Below, piece by piece: positions 10,226 through 22,600 of a stretch of DNA of 64,000 nucleotides. A model generated the notes under the pieces. It was given only the letters and a program-made list of their open reading frames with translations. It did not search any database and was not told the origin of the DNA. Every line of letters begins with the position of its first letter. Position 1 is the stretch's first letter. Source of the stretch: an uncultured Trueperaceae bacterium (GTDB lineage Bacteria; Deinococcota; Deinococci; Deinococcales; Trueperaceae); contig CAWFFU010000003.1 of assembly GCA_963815215.1 (NCBI GenBank), positions 480,001 through 544,000 on the forward strand, written 5' to 3'. A program made the position numbers and the translations under genes.

Positions 10226-11493
10226 TGGTGTACCTCTGCTGCGGCCACCTCATCGGCGAGCGGCTTGGGGCCCAGCGTGACCACCGTCGGCTCCGGGAAC
10301 GGGTGCTCGGCCAGGTAGTCGTTGATGCGCTTCAGGTCCACCTTCTCCACCTCGCCGCGGATCTCATCGAGCGTGCGCGCCCGTCCCTGTAGCAGAGCGT
10401 CGGAGGCCAGGCGCGAGGCGCGGGCCGAACTCGACTCGCCCTGCATCACCACCGAGGACAGGATACCGGTCTGAGCACGCTCCAGCTCGTCGGCCTCCAC
10501 GCCCTGCGAGAGCTTGCCCAGCTCGGCCACCACCACATGCAGCGTCTCGTCGGCGCGCTCGGGCGTGGTTCCGGCGTAGCCGAGCGTGTAGCCGAAGCCG
10601 TGGAGGGCCCGGTAGGAGGCGCCGACGCTGTACACCAGGCCGCGCTTCTCCCGCACCTCGGTGAACAGGCGGGCGCCCATGCTGCCGCTCAATACGTGCA
10701 GCGCCAGGTCGTAGGCGTAGACGTCCGGGTCCGACGGCGCGGGCGCCACCAGCGCCAGACCGATCTGCGTCTGAGCGGAATCGGCACGGACGTGGCCGCG
10801 GCCGGGTGAGCGCACGACGGGTGTCGGCAGCGCCACGGACTCCCCCGTCCAGCCTCCGAAGGCACGCTCGACGCCATCCCTGACGGTGTCCCAATCGGCT
10901 CCGCCCGCCAGTGCCAGGATGGCTCCGTCAGGGCCGAGCCGCCGCTGCGCGTCCTCCCGCACGGAAGCCGCGCTCAACGCGGCCAGCCCCGCCTCGCTAC
11001 CGAACGGACTGCGCCCCTGGCCACCTTCGAGGAAACGGGTCATCAGCTCGTTGAACAGCCGCTGCGTGGGGTTGTCCGCGAGCGATTGCAGCTCCTGCTG
11101 CGCCAGCTCACGCGCCGGTGCGAACTCATCGTCGTCGAGTCGCGGCTCGGCCGCCATCGACGCCACCAGGGGAAGCACCTCGGCGAGCTCGGCCGCCAGG
11201 AACGATGCCGATACACTGGCCATCTCGCGCCCGGCGCCGCCGCCGCGTCGCACGCCCAGTCCCTCCAGGGCGTCGGAATGCGCGCGCGAGTCGAGGGTGC
11301 CGGCGCCACGCTGGAGCCAGTCGTGGAGCACCGTCGCGCTGCCTTCCCGACCGTCGGGGTCGGTCGCGGAGCCGAACGGAAGCATCAAGGTCGTGCTCAG
11401 CGTGGGCAGCCACGGCATCGGCTCGAACAACAGCCACAGGCCGTTGGCGAGGCGGTGCTGGTAGATGCGCTCACTGCTCGGGTTCGAAGCCAT
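10222..11493 (-). CDS. M16 peptidase, non-catalytic partner subunit
   Basis: M16 motifs (RLFTEVREKRGLVYSV) but no HXXEH; 4-nt overlap with the partner gene. Confidence 0.9.
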   Translation of the reverse strand: MASNPSSERIYQHRLANGLWLLFEPMPWLPTLSTTLMLPFGSATDPDGREGSATVLHDWLQRGAGTLDSRAHSDALEGLGVRRGGGAGREMASVSASFLAAELAEVLPLVASMAAEPRLDDDEFAPARELAQQELQSLADNPTQRLFNELMTRFLEGGQGRSPFGSEAGLAALSAASVREDAQRRLGPDGAILALAGGADWDTVRDGVERAFGGWTGESVALPTPVVRSPGRGHVRADSAQTQIGLALVAPAPSDPDVYAYDLALHVLSGSMGARLFTEVREKRGLVYSVGASYRALHGFGYTLGYAGTTPERADETLHVVVAELGKLSQGVEADELERAQTGILSSVVMQGESSSARASRLASDALLQGRARTLDEIRGEVEKVDLKRINDYLAEHPFPEPTVVTLGPKPLADEVAAAEVHQ

Positions 11494-11569
11494 GGGAACG
11501 AGTATAGCCCCGGTCCGCAGCCGTACGGGTCGCGCTTCGAGCGCGCACGCCGACGCGTCGGCGTGCCGG

Positions 11570-12277
11570 CTAGGCGGGGCGGATCGTCAGCTCGGTCACC
11601 GTGCTCGGAGGGTCCAGGGCGAGCACCGCTGCGATCTGGGAAGCCACGTCTTGTGGGCGAACGAAGGCATCGGGGTCGTATGCGCGGCCTTCCTGGCGGT
11701 GCACCTCACGCTGCATGGGTGTGGCGGTGCGGCCCGGGTACACCGTGGTGACCCGCACCTTGCGGGCCGCGACCTCCTGGCGCAGGCTGTCGGCCAGCGC
11801 GCGAAGCGCGAACTTGCTGGCGGCGTAGGCGCTCCATCCCGCGTTGGCATGGAGGCCGGCGCCCGAGTTCACGAACACGACCTGGCCGTGGGCACGCTCG
11901 AGCGCGGGGAGCAGCGCGCGCGTCAACCGGTACGGGGCCCGCACGTTCACGCGGTAGTGCTCGTCGAGAACGGCTGTCGCGGTCTCGGCGACGGTGCCCA
12001 GGCGGATCATCCCCGCGCAGTGGACCAGCGCCGCCACGGTGCGGGCTTCCAGCGACGCGACCCAGCCGTCGACGGCGCCATCGTCGGTCAGGTCGAGCAC
12101 GCGGAGCTCGGCGCGCCCGCCGGCCGCCGCCACCGCCCGACCCACCTGCGCCAAGCGCTCGGCGTCGCGACCCTGGAGCTCGAGCCACGCTCCGCGCGAC
12201 CCCAGCTCGGCGGCGAGGGCGCGGCCGATGCCGCTGCTCGCGCCGGTGATCACGATGGGATGGTCGACGTCGATCAT
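11570..12277 (-). CDS. SDR family oxidoreductase
   Basis: TGASSGIG and YAASK motifs. Confidence 0.92.
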   Translation of the reverse strand: MIDVDHPIVITGASSGIGRALAAELGSRGAWLELQGRDAERLAQVGRAVAAAGGRAELRVLDLTDDGAVDGWVASLEARTVAALVHCAGMIRLGTVAETATAVLDEHYRVNVRAPYRLTRALLPALERAHGQVVFVNSGAGLHANAGWSAYAASKFALRALADSLRQEVAARKVRVTTVYPGRTATPMQREVHRQEGRAYDPDAFVRPQDVASQIAAVLALDPPSTVTELTIRPA

Positions 12278-12332
12278 CGCTCTCGCCCTCGCGCAGCCGG
12301 CTCCTCCGACGCGTCGTGGCGGACCCAGCGCC

Positions 12333-13160
12333 TCACGACAGCGCTGCCAGCGCGGCGCCGGGGTCCTTGCTCGCCGCCAGGCTGCTCCCGATCAGCACGC
12401 CGTCCGCGAGGCCCCGCAACGCCTCGAGCTCCGCGCGCTCGGCGTACCCGGACTCGGCTACGCACACGCCGTCGAAGCCGCCGCGGAGCGCGCGTTCGAT
12501 CAGGCGCGGGGCCACCCCGAGATCGATCTCGAGGGTCCTGAGGTCGCGGTTGTTGACCCCCAGGACGCGCGTTCCCGCCGCGAGCGCACGGGCCAGCTCG
12601 GCCTCGTCGTGAACCTCCACCAGCGCCTCGAGGCCGAGTGACGAAGCGAACGCGAGGTAGTCGGCGAGCGCCCGGCCCAGTACGGCCGTGATCAGCAGCA
12701 CCGCGCTGGCACCCGCCGCCCGCGCCTCGAGCAGTTGCATGGGGTGGACGACGAAGTCCTTGCGCAACAGCGGCACCTCGACGGCCGCCGCCACCGCCTG
12801 CAGATGCTCGAGTCGCCCGAGGAAATGCCGCGGCTCCGTCAGAACGCTGATCGCCACCGCACCGGCGGCCGCGTAGCTGCGTGCCAGCTCCACCGGATCG
12901 CGATCAGCGATGGCGCCCCGTGAGGGGCTGGCGCGCTTGACCTCCGCGATGATGCCGATACCGGGCGCCCGCAGGGCAGCGATCAGGGACGGCCGCAGGG
13001 GAGCCGGCTCGGATCGTTCGGGCAGCCCGGCCTCGGCGTAATCCTGAGCCCGCTCCCGCGCGATCTCCCCCAACACGCCGGGAACCGCCTCCAGCGTGTC
13101 GGGCCCGAGCGGGCGGGGCGTCCACACCTCGGCCTCCGACGGAGCGGCCCGCTCAGCCAT
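12333..13160 (-). CDS. trpC: Indole-3-glycerol phosphate synthase
   Basis: IIAEVKRASPSRG, SVLTEP, LRKDF, LVEVH, GVNNRDL, VAESG. Confidence 0.95.
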   Translation of the reverse strand: MAERAAPSEAEVWTPRPLGPDTLEAVPGVLGEIARERAQDYAEAGLPERSEPAPLRPSLIAALRAPGIGIIAEVKRASPSRGAIADRDPVELARSYAAAGAVAISVLTEPRHFLGRLEHLQAVAAAVEVPLLRKDFVVHPMQLLEARAAGASAVLLITAVLGRALADYLAFASSLGLEALVEVHDEAELARALAAGTRVLGVNNRDLRTLEIDLGVAPRLIERALRGGFDGVCVAESGYAERAELEALRGLADGVLIGSSLAASKDPGAALAALS

Positions 13161-13443
13161 AGACGAAGAACCCCCCGCGCATCGCGCCGCCCTGTCCCCA
13201 GGTGACGTCGATGTCGGAGACCTCGGCGTGCGGAGGTCCCTCGCGCAGTTTGACCAGCAGGTGCTCGAGCTCCGAGCGCTCTCCTTCGGCGACCACTTCG
13301 ACCCGACCGTCCGGCAGGTTCTCGACGTAGCCGCGGATCGACAGATCGAGCGCCTGCCGTCGGGCGAAGGCGCGGAAACCCACGCCCTGCACCCGGCCGC
13401 GTACCAGCGCGGTCAGGCGTGCCGAGTTGGATGCTGTCGTCAT
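13153..13443 (-). CDS. acyP: Acylphosphatase
   Basis: VRGRVQGVGFR and GYVENLPDGRVEVVAEG. Confidence 0.95.
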   Translation of the reverse strand: MTTASNSARLTALVRGRVQGVGFRAFARRQALDLSIRGYVENLPDGRVEVVAEGERSELEHLLVKLREGPPHAEVSDIDVTWGQGGAMRGGFFVYG

Positions 13444-13602
13444 CAGGCGCCATGGTACCGCAGTTTCTCATGGCGAGGTGCTACCATCAGAACGCGGGGG
13501 CGCCGTCGGAACCGGCATTTCTCGCACATCTGGCTCTCGCCGTGAGCCCGCGGCAGCCGGCCGCCTCCACCGCCCGATGACCCACGTGACTGCCGAAGCC
13601 CC

Positions 13603-16600
13603 ATGCGACGACGAACCCTCGTCACCCTGCTGGCGCTAGTGGTGCTGATCGCCCTCGCGGCGATCGCACCACAAACGCCTCTGGGACGCGCTTGGCTACT
13701 CGGCCGGGCGCGCGCCGCGCTGCAGTCCTCGGGCATCGTCCTCGATTACCACGATGCGACCGGCAACCCATGGACCGGCGTTCATCTGGACGACGCCAGC
13801 GTGCGCGCCCCCGGGCTCGAGCTGCGCGTCAGCTCGCTCGACGTGCGCTACTTCCTACCGTCGTTGCTCACCGGCGAGCTGCCCCTGTCCGTGACGATGG
13901 ACGGCGTGCGTGGCTCGGTGGACGTAACCGCGCTGACGCGGGCCGGACGCTCCGCGAGCTCGGCGGGGCTGCCCGTGACCCCAGTGCTTCAAGAACTCAC
14001 CGTCAGCGACGCCTCGTTGACCGTCCAACAGGTGCCCTATACCCTCCCGAGCGGCGCCGTGAGCAACATCCGCATCCGACAACGCGGCGACACCCTGGAA
14101 CTGCAGGCCCACCTGCGAACCGCCGATGGCAGCGCGGACGGACGCGGTGTGCTCGATCTGGCCGGAGGCAGCTTCGACGGCGAGGTCACCCGCGCCGACG
14201 TGACGTTGGCACGGCATTGGTTCCCCGGCGCCGCTGGCGGCACCGTCTCCGGCCCGCTGCACGTGGGTAGCGACGGCATCCACGGCGACTTCACGCTCCG
14301 CGACGGGTCACTCGACGCGATCGGTCTGAAGCCGACGAACATCCACGGCGCGGTTCGCCTCCGCTACCCGCTCATCACCGCCAAGCTCCAAGGCACGGTG
14401 CTGGGCGGCGCCGTGCAGGCCGATGGAACGGTGAACATCGCCGCCCGCCACTGGGAGGCCCACGGCCAGGGAAGCCCGCAACTGGCCGCCGCCGCGGCCT
14501 GGCTCGGCAGAGGGCAGCTCCCCGCGGCCGACCAGATGCCGCTGACGGGCAGCGCCGCCACCACGTTGGACGTGGCAGGTTGGACCGGGGTGCACGTGAG
14601 CGGGACCGCTCATGGGAGCGGCGCCCTCGCGGGTCTGCCGCTCGCCGGGCTGGCCTCGAACTTCAGTTACGACAGCCAGCGGGGCGTGACCGTGCAGGCG
14701 ACGGGAGTGGTGGCGCAGGGACCCACCGTAGTCACGGTGGCGTCGGGACCCGCCGGCACCCGGATCGAGGCGAACGCGAAGCAGATGGCGCCCCTTCCTG
14801 GGCAGCGCGTCGACGCTCAGTTCCAGGTCGAGCTCACCGCGAAGGGCGCCGGCGGCACCCTCCGACTCACCGATCACGCCTCCCTGCCGGATCGGCAGGC
14901 GGTCGTGTCCCTCGAAGCGGGACTCAACCGCGACGGCTGGCAAGGTGTGGTGCAAGGGAGCGACGGCCTGGGCGGTCGCCTCGAAGGCGCGCTCGCCCTG
15001 GCGGCCGGATCCCTCAGTGGCGAGCTGCGCGTGCACACGCTGACGCTGCCGGGACTGACGTCCCCGATCGACGCCGGCTTGAGAGCCGACGGTCCGCTCA
15101 CGGCACTGCCGCTCACCCTGACCCTGGGCGTAGGGGCGCCGGTGACCGTCGGCCTCGCCGGCGAGACGCTCGAGGCCGATCTGAGCGGCCACGTCAATGC
15201 CGTGCTGGAGGGTGCCCGGCTGCGCCAGATACGGGCCGCGCTGGGTCCGCTCACGGCGTCCGGCGAGCTAAGGCTGGCGCCGTTGAGCGGAACGCTCGGT
15301 CTGGAGCTGGCGCCGACAGCGGTGCGCGGCCCGGTCACGGCACAGCTGTCGCTGGCTCAGGGCACGATCGACATCGGCCCCAACGGCCTTCAGCCCCACG
15401 GCACGCTGGACGTGGGCACGGTCCTGGCGGGGCCACTCACGTTCCGGCCGGGGCCACTCGAGCTCACACCCGGCAACGGCTCCGGCGCGGGCCTGGTAGC
15501 GACCTCGAAGAACGGCCACATGACCGTCGAGGTAGGCGCCGGAGGGGCCCAGGCGACCCTCGCTGGGATGTCGTTCGCTCTCGCCGGGCTACCGGTCACC
15601 GCCGACGGCAGCGTCCGGCTTCCGTTCGGAACTGCCGGCAACGCAGGCGCGGCCACGACCCGCTCGGCCGCTCCCCTGGCGGCGCTCCGCCCCGACCTCA
15701 CGCTTCACAACGGCGACGCCGCGCTGACCCTGCGGCCGAATGACGGGAACCTCGCACTCGAGCTCACCGCCCCGGCCGGGGGCCGGCTCGGCCCCTTCTC
15801 GCTAACGCAACCCCTGCACCTGTCCGGCGAAGCCGATCTCACGGCCGCCCACGCCGACCTGACCGGTGCCCTGGGGAGCGTTCCGCTGTCCGCCGCAGCC
15901 GATTGGCCGGCGAGCGGGATGCGCGCCGAGGCGAGTGCCGGCTCGCGACCTCAGCGACTCGACGCGACGCTCACGGCACAGGGCTGGAGCCTCACCGGCT
16001 CGCTGCCGTTGGCACCGGTCGGTGCGGCGCTGACGCTGCCCCTGGCAGGCACGCTGCGCGCCGACCTGACGGCGGAACGCAACGCAGCGGGGGTCCGCTA
16101 TCGCGGGACCGCCGACGTTCACGTCACGGCTCCGCTCGCCGGCGAGGTGAGCCTGGCCGGCCGCGGCGACCGCCTCGAGGCGACGCTGCGATCGGGCCTG
16201 GCCGGCACGCCCCTGCGCGCCGAAGGCACCCTGCTTCCCTCCCTCGCGCTCGTGGCGCACGCCGGCAGCCTCGGCCCCATCGACGTCCGAGGGGGTCGCC
16301 TGACGGGCTCGGGAACGCTTCCGGCCCGTACCCTGGCCGCAGGCGTCGAGATGCCGGCGCTGCCATGGACCGTCGGAGGCTCGTTGTCGCCTCTCGCCAT
16401 CGATCTCGTGCTCGGCGGCGGACACGTCCACCTGGCCGGCGGGCGGCTCGCGGCCAACCTGCGCCTGCCGTTGCGGTACCGGGGCCAGCCGCTGCTCGCC
16501 GAGCTCGCCACCGCCGGAAGCGGCCCGCTGGACGACGTCGCCGGCGCACCTCAGGTTCGCCTCGACGGCGGTTTGGGGGCGTTGCCGCTCACGGCGCGGC

Positions 16601-19600
16601 TGCTGACACGGGACGGGACCTCTCTGCTCGACGTGTCGGGCACGCCCGGAGCCTTGAAGCTCACCGGAACCGTTCCGGCCGCCGTGGCTGCCGGTCCTCT
16701 GCCCGACGCCCTGACGCCCGCCGGCACCATCGCGCTGACCGGCGAGGCGAGCCTCACCGGCATCTCGAGCTACCGGCTCGACGCCCGCTGGCAGGCCGGG
16801 GCATCCACCGTCGTCGCGGCCCTCTCGGGCGGTGTCACCAGCTACCGCCTCGACGCGCAGGGCGGCGGCTTCACATTCCAGGCCTCGCCCGGGCGAGCGA
16901 CCCTCACGGCGGACGCGGCCGACCTCCGCCCGCTCTTCGTGGGGCTGCCCCTCGACGCTGCGTTGAACGGCACGCTGCACCTCGAGAAAGGCCATTGGAG
17001 TGGGGCCTTGCACGCCCGGGCCACCACGCCAGTCCTCCTCTCGGCTGATCTCACCGGTACGGGCACGGGCCTCGAAGCGGCGATCCATGCCGCCTACGGT
17101 CCGGTGCAGGCCGACGTCTCGGGCGCCGTGCTCCCGGCTCCCCGGCTCCAGGCTGTGGCGCGGGCCTATGGGACGGCGCTACGACTGGAAGCGACCACGC
17201 AGGGGAGCTGGACCGACCTTCGCGTGGCCGGCTCCCTGACGACGTCCGCCGTCGCCGCGGCGCCGTGGCTCGTCCTCCCTGACCGACGGGTCTCGCTGGC
17301 CTGGGAGCCGCTGACGGGATCGCTGTCCGCAAGCGGCGGCGGACTCACCCTCAGCGGCAGCGTCACGGAGCTGCGGGGTTCGCTGACGCTCCCGCTACGC
17401 GTAGCGGGGATCGACGAGACCCTGGCCGCGGATTTCGCCGGCTCCGCCCTGCGACCCACGTTGCGCGGCAGCATCACCGGGGCCGCCGTCCATGGGACCT
17501 TCTCGGCGGGTGTCGACAGCGGCCTCGACACCTCGTTGGTGGTGAGCGCCGCGGGCGCACAAGCGGCGCTCGGGCCCAGCGCCCGCCTCGTCGCCGGCGA
17601 CAGCAACGTCCGTGCCCACGCGGCACTCGACGGGAGCTGGAACGCGACGCTCGGCAGCGCCCTGACCCTCGGCGCCGCCACCCTCCCGCTGCACGCGGCG
17701 CTGGACGGACGACGAGCGAGCTACACCGGCACCCTCGCGCTCCGGTCGCCGGCGCCGGACGCCTCCCTGGTCAGCGCTTCGCTCCGTGGGACCGGCGCCA
17801 GCATGAGCGCGACCGCCGATCTGTCGCAGGTCGACTTCACCCGAGTCGGCGAGCTGCTGGGCGTTCCGCTCGACGTTCATGCCAGCGGCGAGCTCACGGT
17901 GGCCAGCCAGCCGCTGGCGGCCACGTTGCGCGTCCGGGCAGACGGCACGGTGGCCGGGCGCAAGCTCACGCTCGAGGGGCACGCCGGCAACGCCGGTGGG
18001 GTCGACTTGACCGCGGCCTTCGGGCCCCTCACGTTCGGCCTTACGCAGGCGGGCGGATCGGACGGCGTGGGCGCGCCGCTGAGCCTTCGCGTGCTGAGCG
18101 CGGACGGCGCCAGCCAGCTCGCAGGAACGCTCGACCTGGGGGCCTCGACGGTCCTCGCCGTGACGGGCACCGTCGGCGGCAGCCCGGCAACCGTCCATGC
18201 CGCCGGCGACGCGTCCGCCGGCAGCGGCACGCTCCGGCTCGCGTTGGGCGCGGCCTCGCTCGATGCCGACCTGCGGCGGACCGACGGCACCAGCGACCTA
18301 CGGCTCGACGTGAACGCACCGGCCGGGAGCCTTCGAGCGCTGGGGACCTCCCTGGCGGGGACCGTCGCCGCGGAGTTGTCGCTGGCGCAGGGCGCGATCA
18401 CCGTGCGGAAGCTGCAGGTGGCGAGCCCGACCGGACCCACGGCCTGGGGGTTGTCGCTCTCCGGACCGGCCTATCCCAACGCGGACCTGAAGGGCACCCT
18501 CGGCGCGCCCGCCTGGAAGCTCACCGGCGACGTCGCCGTCGCCGGCCCTGCATCCCGGCTCGGCATCACGCTCCGGACGGGGAGCCTGGAGGTCGACGCC
18601 GCCATGCAGGGGCCGAGACTCCACCGTGTGCGGGCCGACGGCGCGGCGCGGCTGGCGCTGGCGGCACAGTGGATCGACATCCGAGCGAAGGAGCTCGCCT
18701 GGGGACCGGACGCCGGCTTCACGGGGAGCGCCACGATCCGGGCGCCGGCCCTCCTCGTCGGTCTCCCCGGGGACCTCGTGGCCGACGTGACCGGTGATGG
18801 ACCGCTGAGCGCTGGTGTCACGGCCGGCCCCGCCGACCGGCCCTGGCTCCGCGCCAGCGCCCAGCTGGCGCCGGACCCGTTCCGGGATCCCACGCTCCAG
18901 GGCACCACCGCGTTCGACGTTCCGCTGATGCAGCTTCTTGGCGGTGTGACCACGGCCGACCTGCTACTGACGGGACACCCTGCGCTGTCGGGTACCTGGC
19001 GGCAGCCGTCGCTCGCGGGCGACCTCGCTGTTCAGGGTGCGCTGCAGGCTCAGGGACCCGTCCGCATCGGGAGCGAGGGGGGCTCGCTGAGCCTCCACGG
19101 AGGCGGTCTGAGCCTGGACGCCAGCTACCGAGGCGGCGCCTGGAGCGGCACCTTCTCGATGCAGGACGTCGCGCTCGCCCCGTTCGACGCGCGCCTGGAC
19201 GGCGCCCACCTGAGCCTCCGCGCCGACCTTGCCGGCGGGCGCGGACGGAATCTGCAGGCCAACGTGTCCTCCCTCCAGCTGACGGCTCCCGGGGCCAGCC
19301 TGACAGGCTCCGGGACGCTCGGCAGCGGGTTGCGCGTCGCGCTCCAGGTTCGCGCCGACCTGTCCGCGATGAGCCTCCCCGGCCCCAAGCTGCAGGGCCT
19401 GGTGCACGGCCCCCTGGTCCTGGCGGCGCCCAGCCTTGCCGATGTCCGGCAGGGGACCCTGGTCGCGGTCCTCGACATGGCCCGGGTAGGGCTGGCCGGA
19501 ACCGGGGGCACCGTCGACGGCACGCTCCAGGTCGGTGGCAGCCCCGCGGACCCCAGCCTCTCGGCAACACTCCAAGGCGCGGGCGAGGTCCACGGCCAGC

Positions 19601-22600
19601 TACGAGCCGACGCGCGTCCGGCCCGGCAGCGTCTCGACCTCCACAGCACGCTCTCCTTCCGGGGCGTCGTCACCGACCTTGGCCTGGTGTTGAACAACGG
19701 TCGAGTCGAAGCGTCGGGACTGGCTCGCGTGGGGACGGCCGAAGCGGACCTCTCGACCGACACGCAGGGCCGCCTGCAGGTCACCGGCGCCGGTTCCTTG
19801 CTCGGCTGGCGGGCCACTGTCGCCGCCGACCTCGCACAGGCGCAGCTGGAGGGCCCGTTGACCTCGCTCGGCGTCCACGCCGTCGGAGGGGTCACCCTGA
19901 CGTTCGGATCCGAGCCGTGGCTGAACGGGCGCATCGAGGGTGCGTCGTTCCAGGGCATCGACCTCGGGACGTTGAGCGTGACCAGCCAGCGCCCCGGCGC
20001 GCCCGTCGTCCTCGACGGACCGCATCTGAACGGCTCGCTGCAACCGACGACGCTGGCGTGGAAGCTGCACCTCGACGCACAGCCGCTGGCCGCTGGCGTC
20101 GCCGCCGGCGGCGACGCCAGCGGGACGGCCGCGACCGGCGACGCGACGGTGCACCTCACCGGGACGGTGGCGGGATCGCCTGCGGCGGTCTCGCTGCGGG
20201 CCTCGAATCGCGGCGGCGTTTCGCTTCAGGGTAGCGGCACGATCCTGGGCGGCCGGCTCGAGCTGGCGGCCGCTCTCGCCGGCGGAAAGCTGTGGACCGG
20301 GTCGCTGTCCTTGACCGGGGCCCGAGTGGCGGGGTTGGGCGGCTCCTTCGACGCCAGCCTGGCCGGCCCCGCCAACGACCCTGCCCTGGACGGCCGCCTC
20401 ACGCTCCAGGGGGTGCTGCAAGGCAGCGCACGCCTGCACGCGTCGCCTGGCCGCGCCACGATCGAAGCCGCATTGCAGGGAGCCGCCCTCGGCAGCGCCG
20501 TGCACGTGACAGGGTCGCTGGCGCCCACGCTCGACCTGACGCTGTCGACCGCCGGCTCGTCGGGGCCCTCCCAGGGGAGCGTTCGCCTGTTCGAGACGGG
20601 AGGGGCGGTACACGCCGACGGCACGCTGGATCTCGCAGCCGGTCCCGTGGTCGTGGGGCTGGCGGGGAGCGGACCCGACACCCCGGTCGGGGTCAGCCTG
20701 CGCGTCCCGGCGCTGCCCGGGCTGGCCTTCCACGGCGAGCTCCCCGCCGAGGCCCCACTGGCCCTGGCAGACACCCTCAGGACCGCCGGGCTCGCCCTCA
20801 CGGGCGCCGGCAGGACCCGTGGACGGCTCGCGCTCGAGATCGCACCGGCGCCACGGGCCACGCTCCATGACGTCCGATTCGACCTCGGCGGGACGGTTCT
20901 CTCGGCCAGCGGGACCCTGACTCCGGCCGGGACCTCGCTTCAGGGAGCCCTCGCGCTTCCAGACAGCTTCCCTGTGGACCACGTGGGTGGCGCCGAGCTG
21001 CCCTACCGGCTGACCCTGGAGAAGGGCGCGCTCACGTTGAGCTCCGACGGCGCGCTCGGCACCCTGAACGCCACGATCGCGACGACAGCCGGCCGAGGCA
21101 CCGTGCGGGCCGACCTCCACACCATCGGCGAAGGAGGGGGCGTGGGTGCGGGAACGGCCTCCATCGCCCTGTCGTTCGACCCCTCGAACGGCCCCTCCGG
21201 CACCGTTTCCGTCAAGGACGTGCAGGTCTCGCGCAGCGGCCTCCCCTCCCTGACGTTGTCCGCCGACGTACGAGTGGCAGCGGGGAGACTGGCAGGCAGC
21301 GCCGACGTGAAGGCCCCCCATGGCGGCGTCCACGTCGACGGCGGTTGGGGGCTCGGCGGCTTGCTCCCGAGCGCGCTCGCGCCGAACGCTCCGAGCGGCG
21401 GCTCCCTCCAGGCACGTGTCAACACCTTCCAGTTGGCCAGCCTGCCCACCGTGGCGCGCCTGGCGCCACACGTCGCGGGCGCCGTGAGCGGCATCGTGCA
21501 GCTCCGCAACGACACCGCCGTGGCGCAGTTGGTCGCACCCGGCTTCACCGTAGCCGGCACCGCGTTGCCACTCGAGCTGCAGCTCAGCGGCCCGCTGACC
21601 GACCTGAGCGCGCAGCTCAAACTCGGCACCAGCGTGGCGACGGCCACCTTGCGTGCGGACCGCGCCAGCGGCGTCCTGACCCTGAGACGCTTCCCTGCAC
21701 AGGTCCTGGCCGAGGCGAGCGCCGGCGCCACGGACATCCAGGCCGAGGTGGACGGCCTACTGCGCTTCGACATCCCGTTCCGCGACCCGGCCTCGAGCTA
21801 CCTGCGCATGGCGACGGAGTCGATCCGCCTCGAACGGGCGGGGGTGGTGACGACCGGCAGCCTTGCGTTCGCCTACAACGATCACGCATTCACCTTGGAG
21901 CAGGCGGCCTTCCAGGGGCGGGGCACCTGGCAGGCGCAGGGAAGCGTGGACGCCAACCATCTCGATCTGCGCCTGAGCGCGAACGACGCGGACTTCGGCC
22001 CGCTCCTGGGCCTCGTTCCCATGTTCGCCCGCTACGGCGTCGGCGCGAACGGCAGCTTCGATCTCATCGCCCAGGGCTCCCCCGCCAGACCCGACATCAA
22101 CCTCACCGCGAACAGGCTCGACGCGCAGGTAGCCGGCACGCGCTATCGCGTCGACCACGCCAACGTCACCCTCAAGGGGAGCGCGCTCACGGCGGTGGCC
22201 ACCATCGTCGGGATCGCGCCTCTGGGCGGGTCGCTCGACGCCCACGGCAGCGCCCAACTGACGCTGGCGCCGCTGGCGCTGCGGAACACCGACTTCCGTT
22301 TCACGGGGAGCGCCCGGGTTCCGGTGTTCGGGACCGTCACCGATGTCAGCGGCGGCATCACACAGCCGCCCGGCAGCGCACCCCAGCTCGCCATCTCGGG
22401 CAAGCTCGGCAATCCGTTCACCATCCGGGGCTCCCTGGCGCCGTTCGATGTCACCTTGCGCGGACAGGGCCTCGACCTGCAGGCGAGCCCCCTGCTCGTG
22501 ACCTCGAGCGTCGTAGACGCCAACGTCACCATGAAGGCCACACCCACCGGGCTGGCCCTCGGCGGCGAGCTCGATGCCGCCGAGATCCGGATGGACCTCG

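Noticed and set aside
6092..10318. 1408-aa plus-strand ORF
   Set aside because: Antisense shadow of the lpt-like and M16 genes; Arg/Gly-rich with no motifs, as expected at high GC.
10222..11493. Pseudogene because the zinc motif is missing
   Set aside because: An inactive partner subunit is normal for heterodimeric M16B peptidases.
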